Of a DNA stretch of 64,000 nucleotides, positions 9,669 through 18,990 are shown one piece after another. A program made the position numbers and the translations under genes. The DNA is from Pseudomonadota bacterium. Its GTDB lineage: Bacteria > Myxococcota > JACRCW01 > JAFGSX01. A model generated the notes under the pieces. That model was not told the DNA's origin. It saw nothing but the letters and a program-made list of their open reading frames with translations, and did not search any database. Location of the stretch: assembly GCA_043821645.1 (NCBI GenBank), contig JBDRCO010000118.1, positions 1-64,000 on the forward strand, written 5' to 3'. The number at the start of each line of letters is the position of its first letter. The first letter of the stretch is position 1.

Positions 9669-12600
9669 TCAATTGGAAGGAACGACCTCGAGCAGGCCTG
9701 GCGTGCAGACGTACGCCTCGTCGAAGGCCGCCTGGTCAAAGTCAGGGTTGAGCCGCGGGTCGCTCAAGGTCACGTTCTCGGCCTCGACGGCCAGCGAGCC
9801 GCTCAGAGCATTGGACTGCCCGTTGTACGCGCCGTTGAAGGCCGCCAGGGCCAGGTTGGCCAGGTCGATGTTGAAGGTCTTGCCGTCGCTGACCAGCGTG
9901 GCCGTGCCCGAGGCCATGGTGATGTTCTCGAAACCCGCCAGCGGCGTGCTGATGCTGTACACCGGCGTGCCGTTGCCCAGGGGATCGCCCACCTGCTGAC
10001 CGGTGACCGGCTTCATGATGCCCTGCACGGCGCCAGTGAGGGTGATCTCGCTGGCGTGACTGGTGGCGCCCGAGGCCTGGTCGTAGACCTTGAAGGCATC
10101 GAAGGCGAGGGAGGTGTGGGTGAAGGTGGCGGGGGTGCGGGTCAGCGGCGCGATGGGCGGGTTTCCGCCGGTGAGGAAACCAGCCAGGTTCTTGGCGGTG
10201 TTGGCCGTGAACGCGCCCATGACATGGGTGGACGTGCCACTGCAGTCCTGAGCCACCGCAGTGTCGGCGGCGATGGTGACGGTGCAGGGCGCGGCGGCCG
10301 TGCTCCAGGCGATGCTGCCGGTGGAGCCTGTGCTACCGGTGACCACGCCGGTGGTCAGCACGCTGTTGGCCGAGAAGCCGCAGGTGGTGTTGGCGTCGAG
10401 CAGCTTGGTGGCGGTGCCGATGGCCTTGATGATCAGGCGCGCGCCGCCGTGGGCGAGCACCGGGTTGAAGGAGCAGCTGCTGTGATTGACCGGCAGCACC
10501 AGGCCCGGCGTGCAGCTCCAGCTGGCGGCCAGGGCCGCAGCGTCGTAGTCCGGGTTGAGGCCCAGGCCGTCGACGGGAACGGGCACGGCGACGGTGTCGA
10601 TGGTCAGGGTGCCGGCCAGGTAGTTCTCCTGCGTGCCAAAGGAGCCCTGCACCGCGTCGAAGGTCGAGGTGGTGGCGGTGAAGCCAAAGTTCTTGTCCTC
10701 GGAGCGCATGACCAGGTCGGCATTGGTGAAGGTCACGTCACTCATGCGCGCCACCGGTGACGAGATCTCGCAAGCGCCACGGGTGGACAGAGCGGTGCGG
10801 GGCCCGACCGTGCCAGCGAGGGTGCCGGACGCCACGGTGAGCGAGGCGTCGGTGTCGCTGGACCACAGCTCGAAGTCGGTGAAGGTCAGGGTCAGGTCGA
10901 TGGCGGCTGGCGCGTCGCTGTCCGGAACCACGGGCGCCAGCGGGTTGCCGGTGATCCAGCCGTGCACGGTCTTGGTGCCGCTCACGGTGACCGAACCCGA
11001 GACATGGGTGGTGGTGCCCGTGCAGTCCGTCGCGATGACGGCCGGCGCGGTGAAGGCCATGGTGCAGGCGGTCACCGTGAACACGGCGTCACCCTTGTCG
11101 CCGGTCGCCGTGGTACCGAAGTTGGGCGTGCCGGCCACGGCCGCGGACGAGAAGCCGCAGCTGGTGTTGGCGTCGATCATCTTGGCCACGGTCCCCAGCA
11201 CCTTGGCGCCGAGGCGGGCCGCGCCGGTGGCCAGCGGACCCTTGAAAGAGCACTCGTGCGACACCGGCGTGAGCAGGCCCGGAGCGCAGGTCCAGGCGGC
11301 GTCAAAGGCAGTCTGGTTGTAGGCCGGATCCAGACCTGCGGCGTCGCCGGGCACGGTGTACGAGGTCCCGCCAATGCTGACGCTGCCGCTGAGGCCGTTG
11401 GTGCTCCCCGACCACGCGCCGTTGAGGGCGTCGACGTCAGAGGTATCGAGGGGCAGGTCAAAGGTGCCGGACACGGAGGTCACGGCCACGTCAGCGTCGG
11501 TCCAGGCCAGGCCCATGAGCTCGGCGATGCCACTTTGCACCTCGCAGGCGCCCGTGGCGCTGGCCACGGCCAGGCGCGGCGACAGCTCGCCGGTCAGGCT
11601 GCCCGTGCGCACGAGCAGGGCATTGACGTCGGCGCTCGACGACACGGTGAGGTTGTCAAAGGTGATGTCGAGGTCGAGCACGGCCGCGTCGTCGCTGTCC
11701 GGCACCACGGGAGCCATGGGGTCGCCGGTGATGAAGCCGTGAATGGTCTTGGTGCCACTGACCGTGGCGCCGCCCATCAGCCGCGTCTCCACGCCCTGGC
11801 AGTTGGTGCTGACCGCGGTGGCGGTGGCAAAGTCGAGGGCGCAGCCGGTCACGGTGAAGGTGACGGTGCCCTTCTCGCCGGGGTTGCCCGAGGCCACGGC
11901 AGCGCCGCCCACCGCGGCCGAGGAGAAGCCGCAGCTGGTGTTGGCGGCCACGGCCGAGGCCACGGCGCCGAACATCTTGACGGTCAGGCGGGCTGCGCCA
12001 TCGGCCAGGCGCGGGGTCATGTCTGCGCACTCGAAGCTGAGCGGCGTCGCCAGCCCGGTGGCGCAGGTGAAGCTGTCCAAGAAGGCCTGGGCCTCATAGT
12101 CCGGATCCAGGCCGTCGGTGTCACCCTCGGCGGGAACGTCACGAGCGGTGTCCCACACCGTGATCGAGCCGGACAGCGCGTTCTCCTTGTCGCCCTTCTT
12201 GCCGTTCTGCGCCGCCAGATTGCTGGCCGGCACCGGGATGGTCTCGGTGAGGTCGGGCGAGGTCAGCAGCACCTCGGCGTCCTTGAGGACGATGTCGCTG
12301 AAGCTGACGATGGAGGTGGCGATGGCGCAGGCACCACTGTCCGAGGCCACACCGAGCCGCGGCATGGCCTTGGCCGTGAGACTGCCCTTGATCATCTTCA
12401 ACTTGTTGTCGCTGTTGGACTTGCTGACCTCGAAGTTGTCCATGGTCGCGGCGGTGATGGTGATGGTCGCCGCATCCGGGCCGCCTGGCAGGATGGGGCT
12501 GGTGGGCACGCCGGTCAGGATGCCCGCCACGGTCTTGGTGGCGCTCAGCGTGACCTTGCCGCTGCCGTCCGTCGTCACACCCTTGCAGTCCTTGCTGATC

Positions 12601-12878
12601 TCGGCGTCGTCGCCGAGGTCGATGGCGCAGCCGGTCACGGTCCAGGTGACGGTCCCCTCACTGCCCACAGCTCCGGAGATGGTCGGATTTGCCAGCACCG
12701 CGTCGGCGGCGAAGCCACAGGTCGAGTTGCTGCTGAGCAGGCTGACCATGGCGCCGACATTGCGGACGGTCAGGCGGGCCACGCCCGTGCCCACCGCGTC
12801 GGGTGCGCACATCTGGGCACAGGCCGACATCGAGAGCACGAGGGCGCCAAGACTGGCGCGGCGAAGGGTGCGATGCAT
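9669..12878 (-). CDS. Large Thr/Ser/Ala-rich lipoprotein made of four ~260-aa repeats
   Basis: GGAGG RBS before ATG 12878; signal ending LSMSAC. The N..CGF motif recurs at 777, 774 and 786 bp spacing, and each repeat ends L(D/N)P.(Y/F)...C..GL. Confidence 0.85.
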   Translation of the reverse strand: MHRTLRRASLGALVLSMSACAQMCAPDAVGTGVARLTVRNVGAMVSLLSSNSTCGFAADAVLANPTISGAVGSEGTVTWTVTGCAIDLGDDAEISKDCKGVTTDGSGKVTLSATKTVAGILTGVPTSPILPGGPDAATITITAATMDNFEVSKSNSDNKLKMIKGSLTAKAMPRLGVASDSGACAIATSIVSFSDIVLKDAEVLLTSPDLTETIPVPASNLAAQNGKKGDKENALSGSITVWDTARDVPAEGDTDGLDPDYEAQAFLDSFTCATGLATPLSFECADMTPRLADGAARLTVKMFGAVASAVAANTSCGFSSAAVGGAAVASGNPGEKGTVTFTVTGCALDFATATAVSTNCQGVETRLMGGATVSGTKTIHGFITGDPMAPVVPDSDDAAVLDLDITFDNLTVSSSADVNALLVRTGSLTGELSPRLAVASATGACEVQSGIAELMGLAWTDADVAVTSVSGTFDLPLDTSDVDALNGAWSGSTNGLSGSVSIGGTSYTVPGDAAGLDPAYNQTAFDAAWTCAPGLLTPVSHECSFKGPLATGAARLGAKVLGTVAKMIDANTSCGFSSAAVAGTPNFGTTATGDKGDAVFTVTACTMAFTAPAVIATDCTGTTTHVSGSVTVSGTKTVHGWITGNPLAPVVPDSDAPAAIDLTLTFTDFELWSSDTDASLTVASGTLAGTVGPRTALSTRGACEISSPVARMSDVTFTNADLVMRSEDKNFGFTATTSTFDAVQGSFGTQENYLAGTLTIDTVAVPVPVDGLGLNPDYDAAALAASWSCTPGLVLPVNHSSCSFNPVLAHGGARLIIKAIGTATKLLDANTTCGFSANSVLTTGVVTGSTGSTGSIAWSTAAAPCTVTIAADTAVAQDCSGTSTHVMGAFTANTAKNLAGFLTGGNPPIAPLTRTPATFTHTSLAFDAFKVYDQASGATSHASEITLTGAVQGIMKPVTGQQVGDPLGNGTPVYSISTPLAGFENITMASGTATLVSDGKTFNIDLANLALAAFNGAYNGQSNALSGSLAVEAENVTLSDPRLNPDFDQAAFDEAYVCTPGLLEVVPSN

Positions 12879-13000
12879 GATTCCTCCATGATGAGATGGA
12901 TGGCGAGCACCGCCATGTGCGATGACCGCTGGATCCTGGTACCGACTTCGTGTCGCAAGAACCCCCTGGACCGCAGCACGTTTTCGCAACTTCCTGGTCC

Positions 13001-13034
13001 TGTCAAGCTGGCCAGCGCTGTGCCTGGCTTGACA
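13001..13034. promoter_or_regulatory. Inverted repeat TGTCAAGC...GCTTGACA: back-to-back -35-like hexamers or an operator between divergent genes
   Basis: 8-bp arms at 13001-13008 and 13027-13034 around a CAGCGCTG palindrome. The matching -10 boxes are weak. Confidence 0.4.
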
Positions 13035-13106
13035 CCCCAGGCCGGCGACGTTATCTGCTGTGCTGTAGAAAACTGAATGGCGATTCAGAAATCATAGGAT
13101 CTCGAC

Positions 13107-13841
13107 GTGGATCATAATCAGAACATCGTCACCGTCCTGACCGTGCGCCTGTCCATGGAGGGCGCCGCGGGCTGGGTCATGTGGTTCCTGGTGCTGCTGT
13201 CGGTGATCTCGCTGACCATCGCAGCCGAGCGCTATCTGTTCTTGACCTGGAATCGCGGTGACACCTCGCTGGTGCAGCGGGCCCTGAACAAGCTCATGGC
13301 CTCGGGCCGCGTCGACGAGGCACGCACCCTGCTAAAGGGGCAGCGTGGACTGGCGGCGCGGGTGGTGGGCGAGGGCCTGCAGGCGATAGATCGAGGCCGG
13401 GGTTCGGTCGAGGAGGTGATGTCCGGTGTCACCAAGGCCGAGCGCCTGCGCTACGAGCGCGGCCTGGCCTTCCTGGCCACGCTGGGCAACAACGCGCCCT
13501 TCGTCGGACTGTTCGGCACCGTGCTCGAGATCATCCGCAGCTTGCACATCCTGAGCGAGAAGTCCGGGGTGGGCGCGGGCTCGGTCATGTCGTCGCTGTC
13601 CGAGGCCCTGGCCGCCACCGCCATCGGTCTGCTGGTGGCCTTGCCCGCAGTGGCCGCCCACAACTACTTCCAGCGTCGCATCAAGGTCTACGCGGTCGAG
13701 GCCGAGGCCCTGGGCGCTGTGCTGCTGGCCTACGTGGCCGAGCTGCCACAGAGCCTTGGCAAGATGCCCGAGACGCCCATCTCGGCACGCACCACGCCCG
13801 TCGAGGTGCCCACCGCGACCACCGCGCCAGCGCAGGGCTAG
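13107..13841 (+). CDS. exbB: MotA/TolQ/ExbB proton channel protein
   Basis: LATLGNNAPFVGLFGTV and EALAATAIGLLVALPAV motifs; GTG start. Confidence 0.9.
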   Translation: MDHNQNIVTVLTVRLSMEGAAGWVMWFLVLLSVISLTIAAERYLFLTWNRGDTSLVQRALNKLMASGRVDEARTLLKGQRGLAARVVGEGLQAIDRGRGSVEEVMSGVTKAERLRYERGLAFLATLGNNAPFVGLFGTVLEIIRSLHILSEKSGVGAGSVMSSLSEALAATAIGLLVALPAVAAHNYFQRRIKVYAVEAEALGAVLLAYVAELPQSLGKMPETPISARTTPVEVPTATTAPAQG

Positions 13842-13886
13842 GCAATGCATCAGCGAGCGAGTTCAACGCGCGAAATGACCGAGAAT

Positions 13887-13952
13887 GTGCTGGTTGGGTG
13901 GGGGCCCCGGCGATTTCACTTCGACGGGGGAGGGGCTGCCCGACAGCCCCTC
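13887..13952. repeat. 66-nt two-hairpin dispersed element, copy 1 (exbB-exbD spacer)
   Basis: 59/66 identical, ungapped, to 47770-47835. Stem GAGGGGCTG-CCCGA-CAGCCCCTC. Confidence 0.9.
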
Positions 13953-13970
13953 AGAAGGGGCTAGGCCACC

Positions 13971-14444
13971 ATGGCTGGAACGGGCAAGCACGGCGGCGGC
14001 GACGACGAGGGAATCATCGGCGACATCAACGTGACGCCGCTGGTCGACATCATGCTCTGCCTGCTGGTGATCTTCATGGTCACCACCACCTATGTGGCGG
14101 CGGATTCGATCAAGGTGGATCTACCTAAAGCGTCGACCGGAGAGGGCACCGAGCCCTCGACCATTTCTCTCATGTACACCAAGGACAAGCAGCTGTTTCT
14201 CAACGGCGAACCCTCGAGCGAGCCCGCCCTGCGCGCGGCGATCCGGGCCGAGCTGGCCGACAACAAGGAAGTCCAGGCCATCATCGGCGCCGACACGGCG
14301 GTCACCCACGGCGAGGTCATTCACCTGATCGACCTGGTCAAACAGGAGGGCGTGGTCAAGTTCGCCCTCAACATCGAGACCGTGGGGCGGCCTGCCGAGG
14401 CGCCGGCGCTGGAGGTCGTGCCCGCGCCGCCCGCGGCACCGTGA
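13971..14444 (+). CDS. exbD: ExbD/TolR biopolymer transport protein
   Basis: INVTPLVDIMLCLLVIFMV signature. Confidence 0.92.
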   Translation: MAGTGKHGGGDDEGIIGDINVTPLVDIMLCLLVIFMVTTTYVAADSIKVDLPKASTGEGTEPSTISLMYTKDKQLFLNGEPSSEPALRAAIRAELADNKEVQAIIGADTAVTHGEVIHLIDLVKQEGVVKFALNIETVGRPAEAPALEVVPAPPAAP

Positions 14445-14500
14445 GCGGGAGTTCACGCCAGGACAGACCGGGCCAGCGGGCCAGACGTTAGGATCCGTGC

Positions 14501-15265
14501 ATGTCGACGCAGGACCTTTTCAAAAAACGGCGCTTCGAGGGCTACGGCTTCTATGCCATCGGCCTGCTCGGTGCCGTGGGCCTGCATGCGGCCGTGTCCT
14601 ACGGCGCCACCCAGATGCCGCCGCCCAAAAAGATCGTGCGCGTCGAGATGGCGGTGGTGAAGACAGAGAAGCCGCCGCCGCCGCCGGAGGAGAAGCCGCC
14701 CGAGCCCGAAAAACCCAAGCCCAAACCCAAGGTCGAGCCCAAGGTGGCCCTGCGCACGCCACCACCACCCAACCAGCCACCGCCTCCCAACTCGGATGTG
14801 CCGCCCTCGGACAAGCCACAGAAACCGGTGCCCATCGTCACCGGCATCTCGCTTGGCTCCACCGTGTCGTCGGGAGTCGGCATGGCCGTGCGCGTGGGCA
14901 ATACCCTGTACGGCGACGTCAACAAGGAAGAGTTCGTGCAGCCCGGCGCGGTCCAGCCCTACGTCTACACCCCGGTCAAGACCTACGACATCACCGAGGA
15001 ACCCGAGGTGCTCAAGGAGGTCAAGGCGGAGATGCCCGAGGAGGCCAAGCGCGCCGGCGTGCAAGGCACGGTGGTGCTGCGGGTCGAGGTGCAGAAGGAC
15101 GGCGCCGTGCGCAAGGTTCGCGTGGTCAAGGGCCTGGGATACGGGCTCGATGAGGCCGCGGTCGCTGCCATGAAGAAGTTCACCTTCAAGCCCGCCAAGA
15201 TCAACGGCCAGCCCGTGGACTACACCATCAGCCGCTTCTACTACGTGTTCGAGCTGGTGAGCTGA
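14501..15265 (+). CDS. tonB: Energy transducer TonB
   Basis: N-terminal TM with His (GLHAA), Pro/Lys-rich spacer, TonB C-domain MPEEAKRAGVQGTVVL...GLDEAAV...FKPA. Confidence 0.9.
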   Translation: MSTQDLFKKRRFEGYGFYAIGLLGAVGLHAAVSYGATQMPPPKKIVRVEMAVVKTEKPPPPPEEKPPEPEKPKPKPKVEPKVALRTPPPPNQPPPPNSDVPPSDKPQKPVPIVTGISLGSTVSSGVGMAVRVGNTLYGDVNKEEFVQPGAVQPYVYTPVKTYDITEEPEVLKEVKAEMPEEAKRAGVQGTVVLRVEVQKDGAVRKVRVVKGLGYGLDEAAVAAMKKFTFKPAKINGQPVDYTISRFYYVFELVS

Positions 15266-15389
15266 GGCGAACTGCCCTGGCGCCAGGAGCCGGCGCGCCG
15301 ACAGAGCGGAAACCGTTGACAGTGCACCTTGTCACGACGCTGCAGCAAGGCGCTGACGCGCGGATATCGGACACCCGGATCCACACGAG

Positions 15390-16577
15390 CTATGGCAAGG
15401 CCGAGAACCAGACCGCGTTGAGATACAGCGCGATGCACTCGGGCTCGAGGACGGCCGTGAAGGTCACGTCGTGGTTGAGGTGCACGCTGGTGCCCCCGTG
15501 CTCCTTGGTGTAGCTGGCGATGGGTGAGCCGTCGAGGGATTCGATCACCGTCACGGCCTGACCACGCAGATCCACGTTGGCACGAGAAGCCTTCGAAAAG
15601 AAGTTGTTCTCGAGGCCACGCGCGAGCGGATGCGTCGCATCCAGGATGGACCAGGTGAAAGTGCGGACGAAGCCCGTTGTTCCCACGACGGGCATCAGCA
15701 CCGTGACCGCATCGCCCGAGCGACGCCAGGCCGCCCACTCGGTCCGCACCAGGCCACCGCCGGCAGCGACGAAGCTGGGGATCGCCACCTGGGCGACGCC
15801 CCCAAACTCGTTGTTATAGTCCGTGCCCTGCAAGGCCAGGATGGTATCCCGGCCGGCGAGGGAGGGATTGGCGCCATCCCAGGTGTGGTAGATCCCGCCG
15901 CTGACGACGTCAAAACCTGCGCCGATCAGCGCGCTCATCAAGGTGCTGGCCGCACCGCTGCCATCCGCAAACAGCATCACGCGCACCGGTCGGCAGGCGT
16001 CATTGTCCAGCGTCATGGGAAAAGCGCAGGGCGGACCTCCCGCGTCGCTGCTCGCCGCGTCTTCTGCCGCAGCATCGTGGCTCAACGCCGCATCTTCCGG
16101 GCTGCCCGTTCCTTCTGTGCTGTGGGCGTCGCTCGCGGTGCCGACGTCGTTCGGGACTGCCGTGTCGCCTGAGCTCGCCGCGTCGGTCGCAGTGGCCGAG
16201 TCGGTCGTCACGGCAGAGTCGTTCGCAAGGGCCGAGTCGTTCAAAAGAATCGCGTCCGCCAAGACCACCACGTCGCCTGCGGTCGCCAGGTCTGCCGCTG
16301 TCAAATCCGTCGCTGCTCGATCCCGCGCCAGGCTGCCATCGCGGGGGCTGGCGGCGTCGGTGGCCGCACCATCCGCAGAACCGGCATCGATGACGCTGGC
16401 ATCAGCGAACGCGCGCACGCAGACCGACCCGCTGAGGTCGCAGACAAATCCAGCAGGGCAGTTCTCGTCGGACTGGCACGCCGCTGCCGGGAGGGGCGAG
16501 GAAGGGCAACTGGCGAGCACGAGGAGCAGCGCAGCCTTAAAAAAAGGGCGAGCGGACCTGCGCCAGAGGCACTTCAT
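15390..16577 (-). CDS. Cys-module / Asp-Ala linker lipoprotein with a C-terminal ThuA/GATase-like alpha/beta domain
   Basis: LLVLASC lipobox, CQSDENCPAGFVC module, FVAAGGGLV and HPLARGL motifs. Confidence 0.65.
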   Translation of the reverse strand: MKCLWRRSARPFFKAALLLVLASCPSSPLPAAACQSDENCPAGFVCDLSGSVCVRAFADASVIDAGSADGAATDAASPRDGSLARDRAATDLTAADLATAGDVVVLADAILLNDSALANDSAVTTDSATATDAASSGDTAVPNDVGTASDAHSTEGTGSPEDAALSHDAAAEDAASSDAGGPPCAFPMTLDNDACRPVRVMLFADGSGAASTLMSALIGAGFDVVSGGIYHTWDGANPSLAGRDTILALQGTDYNNEFGGVAQVAIPSFVAAGGGLVRTEWAAWRRSGDAVTVLMPVVGTTGFVRTFTWSILDATHPLARGLENNFFSKASRANVDLRGQAVTVIESLDGSPIASYTKEHGGTSVHLNHDVTFTAVLEPECIALYLNAVWFSALP

Positions 16578-16803
16578 GCGTGCAGCCTAGCACAGGGGGA
16601 GCCGGGACTGCCCGCGTCGAAATCCACTCGAAGACGAGGAGGGGACCCTGCCAGAAAAGCACGGCACCCGTCGGACCGCGCAGATTTCTGAACGAGGCCC
16701 CCCGGGCGGGATGGTGGTGGACGTTCGCCATGGAAACACTGCCGGGGGCAGGGCCGCGGCCAGGTGCAACGGAGCAAGAAGGGGGCAAAAGCGGAGCTAA
16801 ATG

Positions 16804-16825
16804 GTAATAGTAAGTGCCAGTCCCC
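16804..16825. repeat. Solo arm of the GGGGACTGGCACTTAC repeat
   Basis: GTAATAGTAAGTGCCAGTCCCC is the exact reverse complement of 18148-18169. Confidence 0.9.
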
Positions 16826-16932
16826 TTTGCTGTGCTGCGCATCGATGATGCGACGCCTCAAGTTACTTCGACGTGGAGTCGGCATGGCGATGTCAGATCA
16901 GACTTCGCTGATCTCGGCACGTGAAGTGCACT

Positions 16933-18051
16933 CTAAAGCCAGCCCGTGATCGAGATGCAATCGATGCGTCGAATGCTGTCACTGCCGGCGATGAGGTCGA
17001 AGCGCAGACCTGTGGTGCGAGTGGTCAGGTCCACCTCGCGCTGCGTCCAGCTTGCGACAGGTCCGGCCGTGTCGACCAGGACCCAGCTCCCCGCCTGGCG
17101 AGCGTAGGCCCGGATGCTGGTATTGCTGTCGTTGCGAACCCAGTACACGAGCTTGACGTCGCTGTAGCCCTGGGTGTCCAGGGCGGCCTGCCAGATCATG
17201 CAGCGATCACCTGCATAGGGGCGCTGGGCGAAGCCGACGACCGTTCCACAGACATCCTGGGAGGTGTTGTGGTAGACCGTTCCCGCGGCGGCAGTGGTGC
17301 AGCTATCGATGCGGACGGTCCAGCGGTTATCGATGGCAGCGCCATTGAATGTTTCGCTCATCAACGTGATCTGCTGGGCCTGGTACGCATCGGCAGGAGC
17401 GATGTCGGCTTGCATCAGCTCGGGGCTTGCCTGGTCCGGTTGTCCACGGTCGTTGACGGAGGCCGCCTCGGCGCCAGAGCTGTCAACAAGCACTGCGTCG
17501 TTCAGGTCCTGGGTCGCGGCATCGCGATCCAGGATGGTCAGGTCGAGGCTCGTTTGATCCGGGGCGGTTCTGTCGATGGTCGAAGCGTCCGCAATGGTGG
17601 CGTCAGGCGTGTTTCCATCGAGGCCGCCATCGCTATGCGAGATGTCCGCCAGGTCGAGATCCGCAGCCCACTGATCCCCAGGAGCGGCCTCGGCGGGTCC
17701 AGCGTCGGCCGCATCTGCGGTCGCCGCGTCTGTCGTGAAGGCGCACACCCCGCCACGGCATGGCGCCCCGGACAAGCAGTCCGCATCCCGCATGCACAAC
17801 TCGGCGCAGGTCCCGACGACGCAGACCTGCGTGCTGCGGCAGTCGAGTGAACGGGTGCATTCCCTAGCCCAGGACATGCAGGCGCCCTTCACGCAGGACT
17901 GGCTACTCGCGCAGTCTTCGTCGTGGGCACACGGGCTCAGGCACTGCGTGTCGATGCAGAGCTCGTCCGAGCGGCACTCGTTGCTCGAGGTGCACGGAGC
18001 TCCGGCTGGCCGGCAGGCGACGACCAACACCGTCAGCACCAGTGCGCGCAT
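16933..18051 (-). CDS. Cys-rich lipoprotein with Asp/Ala linker and a C-terminal beta-sandwich-like domain
   Basis: MRALVLTVLVVAC signal and four C..x.(D/E)C modules. Start moved from ORF start 18159 and is uncertain. Confidence 0.7.
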   Translation of the reverse strand: MRALVLTVLVVACRPAGAPCTSSNECRSDELCIDTQCLSPCAHDEDCASSQSCVKGACMSWARECTRSLDCRSTQVCVVGTCAELCMRDADCLSGAPCRGGVCAFTTDAATADAADAGPAEAAPGDQWAADLDLADISHSDGGLDGNTPDATIADASTIDRTAPDQTSLDLTILDRDAATQDLNDAVLVDSSGAEAASVNDRGQPDQASPELMQADIAPADAYQAQQITLMSETFNGAAIDNRWTVRIDSCTTAAAGTVYHNTSQDVCGTVVGFAQRPYAGDRCMIWQAALDTQGYSDVKLVYWVRNDSNTSIRAYARQAGSWVLVDTAGPVASWTQREVDLTTRTTGLRFDLIAGSDSIRRIDCISITGWL

Positions 18052-18147
18052 GGGCCGCGCCCAGCGGCGCTGGGCAGGTCGCGCGAATGCGTCTGATCGT
18101 CGCGGCAGCTGGGGGGACACATCGTCATCATAGCATGCGTGTGCAGG

Positions 18148-18280
18148 GGGGACTGGCACTTACTATTACATTTTTTCATACAGTTCATTCTGAAGGTTCA
18201 TTGCCAACGGATGGGTGTTGAATCCCCCTCGGAGTTGGTTTTCGGCCACCAAAAAAATGTAATGGTAAGTGCCAGTCCCC
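18148..18280. repeat. 133-bp element with 29-bp terminal inverted repeats (MITE/REPIN-like)
   Basis: 18148-18176 GGGGACTGGCACTTACTATTACATTTTTT versus the reverse complement of 18252-18280, 28/29 identical; AT-rich interior. Confidence 0.85.
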
Positions 18281-18488
18281 TGCCTATGCCCTGGTGGAAA
18301 CCGAGCGGCCCGCGTGCACCGACTCACGGTCGCGCGACGGCGTATCCGTGTGTGTGGCGCGAAGTGGCTCGGATTCATTGCTGGGCAGGGATATCCTGGT
18401 GCACGGCCCTGCAGCCACCGGCCCGCTGAAGCTGTGGTCCCCGTCGCTGCGCGCGCTGTTCGTAAAACGTCGGTGAAGGGAGCATGCG

Positions 18489-18836
18489 ATGAACGTCGAC
18501 CCGGGACTGGTCCTGGTGCTGGGTTCCAACACGATGGCCGATGCCGAGCCTGACCTGGGCGAGCGCCTGCTGCGTAGCTTTTTGCAGGTCTTGGGAACGA
18601 CAGCCCGGATTCCAGGCCGCATCCTGTGCCTGGGCACCGGCGTGTTCCTGACCACCGAAGGCTCGCCCGTGAGCGCCGAGCTGCGCGTCCTGGTCGACGC
18701 TGGCGCGCGCCTGTTTTCCTGCGCGACCTGCCTGGACTACTACGGGCGCCGCGACCAGCTAATCCTGGGGGAGGTGGGGACCATGAAGGACACGGTCGAA
18801 GCCATGCTGGGCGCCGACAAGCTGCTGCGGCCCTGA
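18489..18836 (+). CDS. DsrE-family / YedF-like sulfur- or selenium-relay protein
   Basis: LGERLLRSFL...GVFLTTEGS...SCATCLDYYG...GEVGTM pattern. Confidence 0.8.
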   Translation: MNVDPGLVLVLGSNTMADAEPDLGERLLRSFLQVLGTTARIPGRILCLGTGVFLTTEGSPVSAELRVLVDAGARLFSCATCLDYYGRRDQLILGEVGTMKDTVEAMLGADKLLRP

Positions 18837-18990
18837 GTTCGACAGACCAAGGGAACTCCGCCGCAGCGTGCTCCCAGGGTCCGTGGTGGGCATGCCTGTG
18901 CGCAGAATTTCGACAACGTGCCGATAGTTGTTAAAAATATAATGCGTCCTGGCGTGGAGCCGCCTCGTCCGGGAAGGTCTGCAAACAGGT

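Noticed and set aside
13107-15265. Assignment as the gliding motor AglR/Q/S-GltG or as Tol-Pal
   Set aside because: Only one ExbD-like gene and no adjacent tolB/pal or glt genes; cannot be resolved without phylogeny.
16587-16800. Possible decayed RAYT/Y1 transposase start (HH..ARG, SDGCRAFLA in different frames) next to the solo repeat arm
   Set aside because: Too short and fragmented, and no HUH motif is visible; would need BLASTx.
18905-18950. AT-rich patch (GCCGATAGTTGTTAAAAATATAAT) considered as a dif site or promoter
   Set aside because: No XerD arm (TTATGTTAAAT) match. The TATAAT has no properly spaced -35 and points antisense into the next gene.
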